From positions 1 through 64,000 of the forward strand of contig JABANN010000052.1 of NCBI GenBank assembly GCA_013115125.1: a stretch of DNA of 64,000 nt. The letters are read 5' to 3'. Origin of the DNA: Perkinsus olseni. Lineage: Eukaryota. Under the pieces are notes generated by a model. The model was not told where the DNA came from. It saw only the letters and a list, made by a program, of their open reading frames with translations, and searched no databases. Below, one piece after another: positions 1 through 20,234 of this stretch (its first letter is position 1; the number at the start of each line of letters is the position of its first letter). A program made the position numbers and the translations under genes.

Positions 1-51
<51 letters not shown>

Positions 52-73
52 CCCCCCCCCCCCGCCCCCCCCC
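1..73. repeat. Poly-C tract at window start, possibly a sequencing or assembly artefact
   Basis: Nearly pure C run, positions 1-73. Confidence 0.85.
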
Positions 74-189
74 TCCACACCTGCCATGGCATACTAGGCG
101 TTCTGTTCGACTGGTGGTCAACTCTCCTTCCCTTGGCAGATACTGAATTGGTACTCCTCCAGTAGTGTAGTCCCTACTGTCTCCCATGT

Positions 190-334
190 AGTGGAGAGAG
201 CGGTCTGCGGTCGTGCCCCTCCGCCAATAGTGCGGAGCTGCACGGAAGTCAGGCAGCAGGCGCTGGTCGCTGTCCGCCCCCAACGGGCACGCTCGGGATT
301 CTGGAAGAGCATCGCGAGCTTCTTCGGTCGCTAA
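190..334 (+). CDS. Possible last exon of an upstream gene (hypothetical)
   Basis: Open frame ...VERAVCGRAPPPIVRSCTEVRQQALVAVRPQRARSGFWKSIASFFGR* ending at TAA 334; no recognisable domain. Confidence 0.3.
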
Positions 335-596
335 GCGCCCGCACTACTCGGTCCACCGATTTTTAACCGCATATACTATTAGTAGTTTTTGGAAGTCTCA
401 TTATCGCTGCTGGGCCCCCCGCAATGGGAGCTCACTCGGGGCTCCGAGTGCGTTGTAGCCTACATCTTTTCTCACTACTTTCACCCCACGGTCAGCAGCT
501 TCACTATAGCCACCTTGGTGGTGCCAGCAGCGCTTCATGTTGAGCTATTGGGGGTAGCAGGCGCCCTTCTAGCATCTCAGCGATACCACTCCTTTC

Positions 597-1617
597 ATGT
601 CTCTTCGGCAGAGTCGGCGGCTCCTTGCTGCTCTGCCCAGCAACACCGCCAGGATGCACAAGCGTTTTTATGACGTCGTGAAGGTCGCACGGAATACCTC
701 GGAGGAAGGCGGGGGATGGACGGTCCTTTTGGATGGCAAGTAAGGGGGAGAGGCGAGGAGGTTGGGAGGAGGCACGTGGCACTTAGGCGTTTATCCACCC
801 CTGCCAAGCACCCACTGGCGCTGCCCACGGAGGGCTTGGCATTCGCAGTAGCCGAAGAATGGGAGCGACAAGACGGTTTTATACGACCTCAGTAGGCCAG
901 GGTGTGTGTGCATGCGTGCAAGTGCAGAGTTTTGCAGTTTCATGCCGTTGATGGCGCTGGCGGCGACGACCATCGACCTGACAGTGCGGGATATGGGGTC
1001 AGTGGTGGACAGGAACCTCCATTACCTCGATACGGATCTCACGTGCTACGGGGAGTATCCTGAGTGGGTCGATTACCGAAGGTCAGCTGCTGCATATTGG
1101 CGATTCCTCGTACCCCAGCCTCTGTTCAGTTTCGTGTCGAAGAAGTTCGACTGCGTTATCGGGTCGTGCAAGGGCATATCTCTACCCAAGCACTCGGACG
1201 GAGCGGTATTGCTGGGGTGTACGTAGATTAGCTTTCGAGCGTCTGCTCCCAGGACGCGGCCTTAAGGGCGTATCTTAGTACTCTCACTCCATGGGAACTC
1301 ACTGCGTTCGATGCGATGACCAGATCGGCTAAGTCCGTCATCATCGCCCTCAACTACTACTTAGGGAACACTCCCTTGCAGGAGGTAGCAGCACCCTCTG
1401 TGCCGTCCTGGCGAAGGCTCTTTCTCAGGCGTGTAGAGCATCGGTTTTAGAGGAACTAGAAAACAGAGGGAAATGGGGGACGTAAGAGAAAGTTGAGGGT
1501 TTCGGGCTTGGATGCGTCCCTTGTAGTGTTGAAGGCGATCACGACGTCTCCGACCGGACGCTGAAGATGGCGATGGCCTCGTCGAAGTTTTTCGCCGAGG
1601 AAAGTCAAACAAATTGA
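597..1617 (+). CDS. ATP12: Mitochondrial F1-ATPase assembly factor ATP12/ATPAF2 (multi-exon)
   Basis: Spliced product MSLRQSRRLL...KRFYDVVKV...WTVLLDGK/RLSTPAKHPLALPTEGLAFAVAEEWERQ...FMPLMALAATTID...YLDTDLTCY...AKSVIIAL...WG/VVEGDHDV; typical ATP12 motifs and an Arg-rich transit-like N-terminus. Confidence 0.92.
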
Positions 1618-1745
1618 GGATGTCTCAGTGCCTTCGTTTCCGGCTCGGCGGTATCTTTGAGTTCTCCTGTATGCTGCTGGGGAGTGGGGCCCTTACAGTC
1701 CTCCCCCTTCGTAGTTGTTGTTTGTTGTTGTCGCGGCTAGTCGGC

Positions 1746-2654
1746 ATGTCATCATTTCGCCCTCACGGACCCTTCGGCCCCCTCGTCCCTGCAGTCACAT
1801 CCAGTGAATGGTTGAAGAGGAGACCGTTGGGATACAAGGACCCGGCGGAGAAGGATTCTTCCGAGAAGGACGTAAGCTTCCGCTCTTTGCGTTCATCTTC
1901 TACGCCAGCTTGGCTCTCGACTCATGCACTGGACTCAGACCAGGATTTGTGCGTTGAGATAATTTTGTGGTATTTTGACAGTACAACCAACGACGACGTG
2001 GGGTCTGGTCAGTGGCAATACTGGTGGTGTTCCTCAGGCGGAACTCTGCGCAGAGGAATCGGAGTTGCCAGAGTGGGCTAAAGTGTCGAAGGAGGAGTAC
2101 TTCAGATACGAGAATATGTTCTGTGGATGTAGGCCTGTAGTAGTAGTAGCGATGGTTGCAAACGACTGTGTGATTTGCAGATTGCGGTTCTTTCTACGAC
2201 CAGAGACAGAAGGGACAGTACTCCATGTGCTCTAGGTGCGGGGCGAAGCGAGATCGTGAGTTTTGCGGGGAGGCGGTGTACTGAGGTGATGCAGCTCACT
2301 TCAGGATTCGCCACTGGACCTCTGATGGAGTCGCATGCGGTCTTGGACTATGGCGAGATGAAGGTGTGGATGAAAAACATTATTGATGAGGAGGAAGGGA
2401 AGGAGAAGAAGGGCGACAAGAAGATGGCTTTGGTAAGACCGCCTTCCGGGGCACAGGGGAGGTCTGGGCGATCAGTACCCTGCCTGGAATGTATTGGAAG
2501 ATAAGATCGTTCTTGTCAGGTCGATGAGGAATGCCCGAAATGCAAGAATCCGAGAATGGCGTTCTGGACCCAGCAGCTGCGGAGTGCAGATGAGGGCCAG
2601 ACGGTCTTCTATGAGTGCCAGAAGTGCGGCTACCGCTTCAACGTCAATACGTGA
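1746..2654 (+). CDS. RPA12: RNA polymerase I subunit RPA12 (TFIIS-like zinc ribbon), multi-exon
   Basis: Last exon VDEECPKCKNPRMAFWTQQLRSADEGQTVFYECQKCGYRF; N-terminal ribbon FCGxCGSF...CSRCG. Confidence 0.9.
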
Positions 2655-2820
2655 GTTACTACTACTGCCACCACTCACCAGCGGCGGCCCTACCAGTTGT
2701 TCTTACGTCAACGTATACTGCTACTACTACCACCACGCTTGGTGTTGAGTTCGTAAAGGGTATGAAGGTTTGTAGTGAGTCCAGCTTCGTACGAGGACTC
2801 TAGCAGGACATGATTCAATT

Positions 2821-5800
2821 ATGATGGTCTCGTCAGCGCGGTCGGCCCTGCGAATAGATCTGCGGTATCCTTTCCTGCAGCGTGCAATCCTGAACAGATC
2901 TGGCCGGCGAGGGCTCAGCGGCGGCCCTGCGGTGGTGGAGAGGTTGAGGATGATACGTAACATTGGGGTGTTCGCTCATGTGGATGCCGGGAAGACTAGT
3001 ACGACCGAGAGGATGCTGCTGCACGCGGGGGAGATAGGCCAGCCTGGCAGCGTTGATCGGGGCACAGCTCAGATGGACTACCTACGACAGGAGGTCGAGC
3101 GAGGCATCTCCATCAGGGCGGCGGCCATGACTTTCAAGTGGGCGGACTATACCATCAACTTGGTGGACACACCGGGCCATGTCGAGTTTGGTGCGGAGGT
3201 CCAGAGGGCGGTCAGAGTCCTGGATGGCGCTGTAGTGGTAATAGATGGCACGGCTGGGGTGCAGGCTCAGACTCGGACCATATGGAAGCAAACTGACCAT
3301 TTACCCAGGGTCATCTTTGTTAACAAGTTAGACATCGAAGGAGCCTCCTGGGAAACGGCAGTACGAAGCCTCAGCACAGCCTTGCCTCAGTCGATAAGCC
3401 AGCCCGTGATGATACAGTATCCACTACTTCATCCGGGCGGAGGTATCCGGGGTACCGTAGATCTGCTTACTCGGCAGGGCTACTTGTACCGAGGGGAGTA
3501 CGGCGAGGTGCTGAGTGAAGTCAGGGTTGAAGACGAGGACGACCTGGACGGTGTTGAAAAGGCCCGCACTGAGCTGCTCGAGGTCTTGGCGATTTTGGAT
3601 GAGATTTTTGCGGAAGAGTACTTTGGCCAAGGAGAAATGTCCGCGGCTTCGGTCAGCTCAGCTATACGGCGACAGTCCGTGGGGCGGGCCCTCGTACCTG
3701 TCCTTTTCGGATCAGCCATATCGAACATCGGGATACAAGTAGGTGTACAGCCCCCCTCACTCCTGTGTTACACAAGGCTGTTGGCTTCAGCATCTGATGA
3801 ACTCGATAGCATTGTATCTGAGTAACCCTATGGAGGCTGCTCGGGACCGCCATCATTACTTGCCGGACCCTTTGGCGGAGGGTACTGTGATAGAGGCCTT
3901 CAAAGTGATTCCCCCCTCAACGGACCCGGAGGAGGAGGAACGCGGCAACGTGGTCTACTGTCGGTAGGCCAGCCCTGCTTCGACCTCGGATACTCCTTGG
4001 TGGACAGGATACTCTCGGGTAATGTCGCAGTTGGGACGAAGCTCCGCAATAGGACAAGGGAGAGGGAGGGAGAATACGAGACAGCCTCTGGGGTGTACAG
4101 GGTGAAGGCATCTGAGCTGCACCCGAGGAAGGTGCTCCTGGGTACGACTGTCGGGCTGGCCATCGGCCTTCCTCATCGCCATTGCCTCTCAGATGGCGAC
4201 ATTGGTGTCGTTACGGGGCTGCAGAACATCCGAAGTGGTGATATCCTAACGGCTGTAGACGGTGAGGGGCGTTTGAGCGAGGCCTGCGAGGCCATCATTG
4301 CACTGCGGAAGGAAGATGCCAAGGCCAGCGAGGTGCTACTACGGCAGCGTCAGGAGCCCACGCTGTTGTTCATAGTTGCCAGGAGTATGCTTCACTACCT
4401 TTACCAGCAACACCAGGGATAATGATGAGAGGCTCAGGATTGCACTGCAGAGGATGATGCTGGAGGACCCCAGTCTCGAGTAGGAGGACGTTCGACTCGG
4501 CTGGCCTATCGTTCTCATCGCGATCGCTCTGAGCATGCATTGCTATAGCCCCAGTAGTGCACGGGTATTGCCCCCTTCTGTCAGCTTCAAGGTGGATACG
4601 AATACGGGGCAGTTCATGGTATGGGGGATGGGTGATTTTCATTTGGACCTCCTACGGGACCGTATCGAGACTGAGTACCAGATACCGGCTAAGATGGGCG
4701 ACTTGCGGGTGGGCTGCCCTCCGGAGGCGCTCACTGTGGCGGTGACTGTTCTCCTTTCAGATAACGTACAGAGAGTATCTTTCGGAGGCCTTTGCTCTGA
4801 CGAGCTCATCGCCGGGTCACGACTTAGGCCTGTCCATGAGGTTTATGATGTCAGTGGGGCCTACTAGGGACCTGCCAGTCCTGGAGGAGGGCGGGGAGGC
4901 AGGAGAGAGCGCCTATGTTAATGAAGTGGATATAGTTGACGGGGTCGACGCTGAGACCACCTTGCCGGAGGAGTTGAAGGCAGAGCTGAGGGAACTGCTG
5001 TGTGACGCTCTGACTATGGGACCGTTGAAGAAGTCTAGAATGGCCGCTACTCATGTAACCGGACGGTTGGGGGCTCTCATCACTGAGCGCGACTGCTGCT
5101 GGATTCAGGTGACACTATCGGATGTGGTTTGGAAGGCCGGCCACGACAGCAGCAGCGATACAGCTGTTCTCAAGGACGAGGTCATCCGCATGTACCACTA
5201 TCTCATGAGAATGGTGAGGGGGGCATGTTCGCTGCCTGGGTCGGCAAGTCCGTGGTCGAAGTCAAGGCAATGGATATGCTACTGTGCATGTACGTGAATG
5301 ATGATGATGATAATGGTGGATTGTAATAAACTGAAGATAGTCATGTTGTCACTACGTATGGATTGATGAATAATATCTAGAGTAGGGTGAAATATGGTAT
5401 GATAAATTCATGAATAATACTTGGATACTCGCTTGGCCTTTCACTCTCTTATTTCCCCAGGCGAAGAAGAAAGGATCCATCAAGATACTAGAGCCGATAG
5501 TTCAAGTTACGATCAGCGGGCCGGAGAGTATCCGTGGGACCGTAAGGACCATCCCCGCTATGGCGATTCACAGCTCCCTGCCGACGCTCAGCTCAGCGGA
5601 CCCGTTCGCAGTGAGCTTATCCGGAATCGGCGAGCCCATGTTGACCCTGTTGAGTCCCACGACGACTTCACCTGTGAGTTGGTAGCATACGTGCCGCAGT
5701 CGAAGATGAAGGGATATGCCGCCCACGTCCGGGCTACAACGGGTGGGAGGACCACACTCCAGGTGACTTCACGGCAGCAGCAGCAGCACTCGATGAAGGA

Positions 5801-5883
5801 CAGCCTCATCTCAGGCGGTACCAATGGGCTACACCGAGATCGACCTCGATACGTTGAATGATGAGCTCTACGATGACTTCTGA
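2821..5883 (+). CDS. EF-G family GTPase, ribosome-recycling factor EF-G2mt/GFM2-like, paralog 1
   Basis: [36 protein letters not shown]; domain [15 protein letters not shown]; domain V LEPIVQV...[12 protein letters not shown]. Confidence 0.88.
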
Positions 5884-5917
5884 GGAGGCAGGGATTGCAT
5901 GTTGTCTCAGACTCTGA

Positions 5918-9464
<3,547 letters not shown>

Positions 9465-9524
9465 TGAGTGTTTCTGCGACCCCCTCCGCCGTCGTGTTCC
9501 GTAGCGTCGACTGTGGCTCTCTCT

Positions 9525-10748
<1,224 letters not shown>

Positions 10749-10997
10749 TGAACTCTACATACTGGTGCATGCTCAATGTATGGCATCTCCCGGAACCCTC
10801 CCTGTGTCGTCAACAGAGAAGTCGCCAGCACGGTATGATGATGTTGGCGAGCGCTCGCGTATCCTCTTTCGGGCATTCCTCGAATTTCCAGAGAGGATAT
10901 CCGAGTGTTTTTCCTTTTTAGCAGTTGACTCGGCCTAAAGCGCAACTTGTGGGTCATACCAACCGTTGCTTCGCGCTACCCTTCCGCGCCTCGAATC

Positions 10998-11914
<917 letters not shown>

Positions 11915-12215
11915 CAAGGAAGCTTTGAAGGTGACATAGCGACAGCCTGGTCAAGAGGATCCTCTTGGTCGCCTTTCTGAGATCAATGGCCTCAGATCAT
12001 CTCAACTCATGTCTGCCAACTCGGCCATCATCATCCTCCTCCTCGCCGAAGCCCCATTGTTGCATGTACCAATATCATCCAGGTGTACCCAGGCAGCTGT
12101 TAGACCCGTGTTCAGTGCTCAGGCGAATCGTGGGGTTGGGAGGGTTTCAACTTGTGCAATCACCAGAGAGTGATTTATCGTGTATGCAGTCATCTGCACC
12201 TCTACAACGCAATAG

Positions 12216-14466
<2,251 letters not shown>

Positions 14467-15001
14467 GCGACGAAGGCGCAAGTTTTTGTTACGTGTTTTC
14501 TGTGTCTATTGGCGGTAAATATTGCCGCAGTAAAAGTCAGTCCTGTTGCGTACGTGCAGTTGTCGAAGTCGAACTCGACTTGAAGGGCAAGTGCCTGTAA
14601 GGTATAGCAGGTACCTTCTAACCGTGTCTGCCGTGTTGTTTACCACACAATCACTTCACAGCTGCTTCTCAAGATCGTGGAGCGCTTGCCTTCCCTCTCT
14701 TCTTCGTACGATCGGATACTCGGTCCCTGTGTCACCCCGCACAGTATACCGAAGCGCAGGGCATCTAAAAATGGGACGTCTCCATCGGACCTCTCAGGAC
14801 GCTTGTTTGATAACTTGATGCAAAAGCGAGTTCGATGATCACCAATGAAACACCCGCCCACTGGTTCTTATGCGGGGACGTTCGTCACCGGTGGTGAGTC
14901 CCACCGTTACTCACTCATCAACGAAAGTCCCATGGGATCTCTTAACAACTGCACAACGAGTATAACAGAAGACATGGAAAGTAGTTGACAAAGCGCAGCG
15001 G

Positions 15002-18000
15002 TTAAGCAGCCACGACTCTTGGTGGGGGAGGCAGTGCCATACCGTGGGACCAGGCATGGGCGCACATGTGAGCATAAACGAAGTCCTGACCGGAGTTTAC
15101 AAGCTAGTGTCGCCGGGAGAAGTCATGTTCACTAACCTGCATTATAAGCATGCCCTTCCCTCCCTGATCCAAATTAGCGAATAAGGTCGCGTCGTCGCAG
15201 CCGAACAAAGTGTCATGGGCTGCATGCCCTCGCCCTGCACCTCAGAGCTGTCAATCTACCACACAGAGTTCCTCACCTTTAGGCGTCATAATCCAATCTC
15301 GCTTCGTCACAGCAGCCAATAGGCGTGCAAAGTCAAATAAGGTGACCTGAGCCCAACACTAGTATAGCGCTCCTTGGGAGAATCAAGGGTCACCTGTCCT
15401 CGTTTAGAAGGATCGAAGTACTCCATGGCCTGGGCGGGACCTCCGAAGAGAGACTCGATCAATTGCCCGAAGGATGCCAATGACACCTGATATCACTTCA
15501 ACTTCTGATTCATCTGCCTACTCTTATGTTACTTCTCTTTGCGATTTGATGCCCCGAGGAACCAGTCCGACAGGGTACACTTGCACCGACACGATCCGGG
15601 GTTCGTGCTTCCCTCCTTCAGCTGCTGCGCAGTTGCCTTGCAGAACGGTCTGTTGCAGACCGGTTCTGATGGTCCTATTGTTGAATAAATTTGGCGTCGA
15701 GCTCGATAGAGACAGCGTTTGGGAAGGAAAGGTTCTCGTTTGTGTTGGGAGAGGAACAATAGAATGCCTTTGCAGGGTTGGGACGGCGATTGGGCGCGGA
15801 GGTGATGCGTTGCCCAGCACTGTACCTGAGCATTCTACTCACACTCTGATCACGTCACGCCGATTTTAAACAGCGTACCGTATGTTGTCGGGGGGCCGAG
15901 GGCCGATGGAGGCAGTGGGACCGACTGAGCACCACTCAGGCTCCTTGAAGGTACCTCCTGAGTGATCTGTGCGAGTTGCGGTACGGCTGTGAAAAAGGTC
16001 GGCATAAGCCTCGAGGTCGCCGCATCCGGCAGGAACGTTTGCGAACTAGTCTTCTCCAGGGAGGGGGGCAGAGCAGCCCAGGTGTTGGAAAGCGGTGATA
16101 TTGTGTTCTTGCATGAGGGTTGTGACGCGGTCTTCGCTGATAGTAACTATAAACCGGCTGACAGCAACGCGGCGGCGTTAATCGTTGGGCTACTTCTCGA
16201 AGCCTCTCGTTCTCTTCCCTCAACGATGCGTTGAGTGCCCGCAGCTCGGAATTCTCCTTCTCGAGATTTTCCCGCTCCACTCCCGGCGCGGGATTACCCT
16301 GAGATGACAAGTGACTCGACTGGCCAGTGGCACCGACTACACACCCCAGCAACGCTCTCTTCTGCCTTGGCCGACTCGGTGGGCGGCAGCACGAGGGCAT
16401 GCTTTGTCCCCGTAACGCTGTGTAGTATCTGCAGGCACGAGTGAAGTTATAGCCCACTCCCGGGCTTGGCGAGCTTTACCGTGGATCGCCGATGGCGGTT
16501 GGTTGAAGCGGTTGGCACTCTGTCGATGGAGTCCTTCAGTTGTTCGATCTCCCTATTGAGCGAGGCTCTAGTCGAGAACTCCGTCTGCGTCCTGAGGGTT
16601 GCCGAGGATCCGCACCGCCGACAGCCACGATGCCCAATCACTTGACATCAGCTGGCTCGTCCGTCCAGGCGTCCAGCAGGCGGCCCTCGATGGTTCGGAA
16701 GAAATCTCCAGTCCGCACGTCTGAAGGTACGGGCAAGTGGTGCTCGGCAGGAGGAAGCAGATGCTCACCATGACGATCCACTGAGCCAATCTCCACCCGG
16801 TGATAGAGGTCACGCATGAGATCGAGTTGATGGCGGAATCTTTGCGAGCTCCAGTAGCAGAGAACCTGAGCTCTCAGCGTAAACCCGACGACGGCCGCCA
16901 TTGCACCGCCCTACCGTGGCATGGACACCATCGCTCTCCTTGTCGTGGAATTTGAGCAGGCGAATGACCACGAGATCTCGGGCAGGTGAGTTGTACACAT
17001 CCCAGATCAGCTCTACTTCGAACCTGACGACAGGAATTTGCCCTCAAGAGGGAGGAGTTTCCAACCTGAAGTTCATTTCTGGCCGCAGCTCAGTGGTCAT
17101 ATCATTGGCCTCGTCCACCAGAGGACAGATGCTTCTCAGGACCTGACCGGATATGCTTCCATCCTCTCTCCGTGCTGCGACACCAACCTCGAGGAACTCC
17201 GCCATCTGCTGGTCGTCCAGCTTGTTCTTGACATCCTCGATGTAGTGACGGAGCTCCTGCAGTAGACAGGGTAGTATGGTGAACCGTAGGCGTGGCCTAC
17301 CTGGAAGGCTTCACTGGAGTCGTCGTGAACTATCTCTCGGACGAAGTCATCGTACACAACACCCTGGCCGGCAGTGATCGTCTGCCATGACCCGAAGCTC
17401 TTCATAGGTCGGAGATGGCCTCGCTCACCTCGTTGGCCTCTCGCGAGGTCGGGACGATGAAGCTCATGCAGTGGGCCCGGCCGAATACGAGTCGGTCCAG
17501 GTGACGAAGGCGTCGTGGAGGGTCTCCAGCGCGTAGTACCTATCTTTGGAGGTAAGCGAGGGGACCCTGAGGTGAATGCTATTCCTCACCTTGCCGTTGA
17601 CCAGGACGCGACCTCCGGCCTGGGCACCAGCATCGGTGAGGGAAATGGTGAGCCTTTGGTTGCCGTAGTTGTCTACTTGGCACAGAGAAGGAGGTATACC
17701 CACACCCCTGAGGACCATGTGGCACTCGGCCGGAGAGCTGCCCACGATGGTGGTCTGTTGAGAAGGAAAGTGACAGCCAACACACGAGAGTAGAGGTCTC
17801 ACAGCATCAGGTTGGAAGTAGTAGATGAGGGAGCCCGAGAGCATCGGATCTTGTGAGACGTTGAGCATGTAGGGCGTGTAGTCCCCAACGCCGAAGGCTG
17901 CCTTGATCTCGGAAGAGGAGAGGCCTCTGTCGGCTAGGGCTGCCTCGCGCACTCGCAGCATGTCCTGGGAGGCGGCCAACTGACAGATATCGTGCTGTCC

Positions 18001-20022
18001 GGCGGCAAGGAAACTGAGGGCGAAGCACCTGGCTCTCATAGGTCCTCTTCATATCAGCGACGAGGCGCTCCCTCTCCTGCAACTCCCGGGTGAGCGTCGC
18101 CACCTCTGATGAAACGTTCTTGGACTGCTGAGACTGCAGCTGGCGACGAAGGCTCCCGATCTAAAACAACATGTGGGTGGATAAGGACTCCGTCACGCGC
18201 CACGAAAATATCACCTCAAGCTGCAGGACTCTGAGGACTTGCTCGTCCCTGTCGACGTTCACTCGCGCCGAGACCCGAACCTCCTGTACCGATGCGGCGA
18301 AGCGTAACGTGGAGACACTTTCCTCCAGCTCAGACCTGGGAGGACGACAGGTCCATGCGGTCGGGAGGGCGGGCCGGGCTGCTACCGTGCTGGACTGATG
18401 CAAGCGATCATGAAGGTCTTTGAGTTGCCCGCAAGAGAGTCTTTGAGGAGGAAGGTGAGCTTCGAGGACCGAAACGGAATCCACGACGCGGCTGCATGCG
18501 AATCTGAGAAGAACAAGTGATGCGGGCTTCGAGGTGGCAGCAGGCGGGCCCACCCCGGGTGGTTCTTCTCTTGACGGTATTGGGCCCTCGTTCCACAAGA
18601 TGCTTGATGACCATGCCCAGAGCGCTCAAGCTCTGATTGATCGAGTTTGCCTCCCTACACGAGCACCACTCCTGCCTCTCCCCACTTCTCTCCGAACCAA
18701 GCTTACCGGAGAACAGATCCAGTGCTGTGGGTCTTCTCCTGCCGCTCACTGCCCGCCAGATCGATGAGGTTGATGCATGATCGCAGCTTTGGCCCGTCAT
18801 CGGTCGGCTGGCACTGAGACGACGACCGTACCCTCGCTGAACCGTCCTCAGCAACCCACCTCCAGACGTATCCTGCACACTGCGTGGCTTCGACTTGAAT
18901 GCGGGTTCATCGAGGTCACCGACTCCGCCCGGCGTCTGTTGCCGACTGCAGAGAGATTCCCGGTACCACAGCCCTGAAGCCCCTACACTGCAGCAGCTTC
19001 TCCACCTCCTCCGGGGACTGCAGCAGGGCCTCGGTGAGATCCCTGACGTAGACGCCGAGCCCTGGATGCTCCATGACGGTGAGATCACGGTTCCTGGTGA
19101 GCGGGAGGAGGTGATTATGGCAAGGAGTGGTATGAAGTTACTCGTCATCCACTGCTAGCAGGTCCCTGAGGTGCTCATTGTAGATCTCTAGGTAGGACAC
19201 CCACATCCTCAGCTGAAAGCGAATAGGGTTCAAATGAACTTCTGCGCCATGACTCCAGTGCAGTCGGGCCCGGCTCCCCAAGAACTCTGGGACGCACTGT
19301 TAGGTGGGCCGAAAAGAATGTCGATATAATATTCATTCCTTACAGTCCCAGTGGCGCAGAGTGTAAACCATCACATTGGTGATGCGTGATGAGGGTAGCG
19401 GAGCAGCGTCCTGTGTCGAACTCTGCTGTGCCCGTGCCATGAGACTATGCCATGTCCCCACGAGTTGCCTCCCTGCTGCCGCCCACCTGCCTAACAGACT
19501 CTCCCGCAGCGAAGAGACTGCGACTGAGTCTTGGTATGATCCCGCGATGTTCTCCCGAGTAGGTCCCCGGTTCACCATGCATAGTGTACGACTTGCCAGA
19601 GCCCGTCTGGCCGTAGGCGAAGAGGCAGCCATTGAAGCCTTGCAGACCTGACCGATGCTCTTCCCCTCTCGAGGAGCCCCCCGTAGGGCTCACTGTTGCG
19701 CAGGATCTTGGTCCCGATCTCTGAATACAGCGCCGCCTGGGTCGCGGAAGCGGAATCAGACAGGTCGCTGCTGTCGAAAACATAATCGACGGTGAAGCTC
19801 TTAGCGCTGCTACGGGACGACGGCTGAGGTGCATCACACAGCAGCGTCGAGTTAAATGGCATTCGTTGCTACTACCCTGATGGAGATGCTGTTCTCGCCT
19901 TCACGAAGCATACAGGGGTCTGGTTCTGGTCTGCCCAGCCAGGAGCGGATGCGTACTGCAACGCTGATGTTTCCGGTCTCCGCCTTCTCCTGCGAGGATG
20001 CTAGGGGATCAGTACTGGCCAT
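15002..20022 (-). CDS. Kinesin-3 family motor (KIF13/KIF28-like) with FHA domain and C-terminal EF-hand-like pair
   Basis: [32 protein letters not shown]-loop, [32 protein letters not shown]-proximal [17 protein letters not shown]; spliced tail continues to TAA at 15002. Confidence 0.88.
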
Positions 20023-20234
20023 GACGGTGCAGTGGAATTATCGATGATACTGGCCTCGGGGCTGCACTTCGAGGGGTGTTGCAGGAGTTCGGATTGACAA
20101 CTCAAGGACTGTAGTAATGGTTGGTAAATATCATCAATCATGCCACCAACCCGCCGTGCCGAGCCTCCGGGGAAGGCAGACACCCCTGAACCCTCCGCCC
20201 AGTGACCACGTACAACACGGAGCTTGGATCGGCG

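Noticed and set aside
1-73. Poly-C as a telomere or G-quadruplex element
   Set aside because: No telomeric repeat unit; a homopolymer at the window edge is more likely an artefact.
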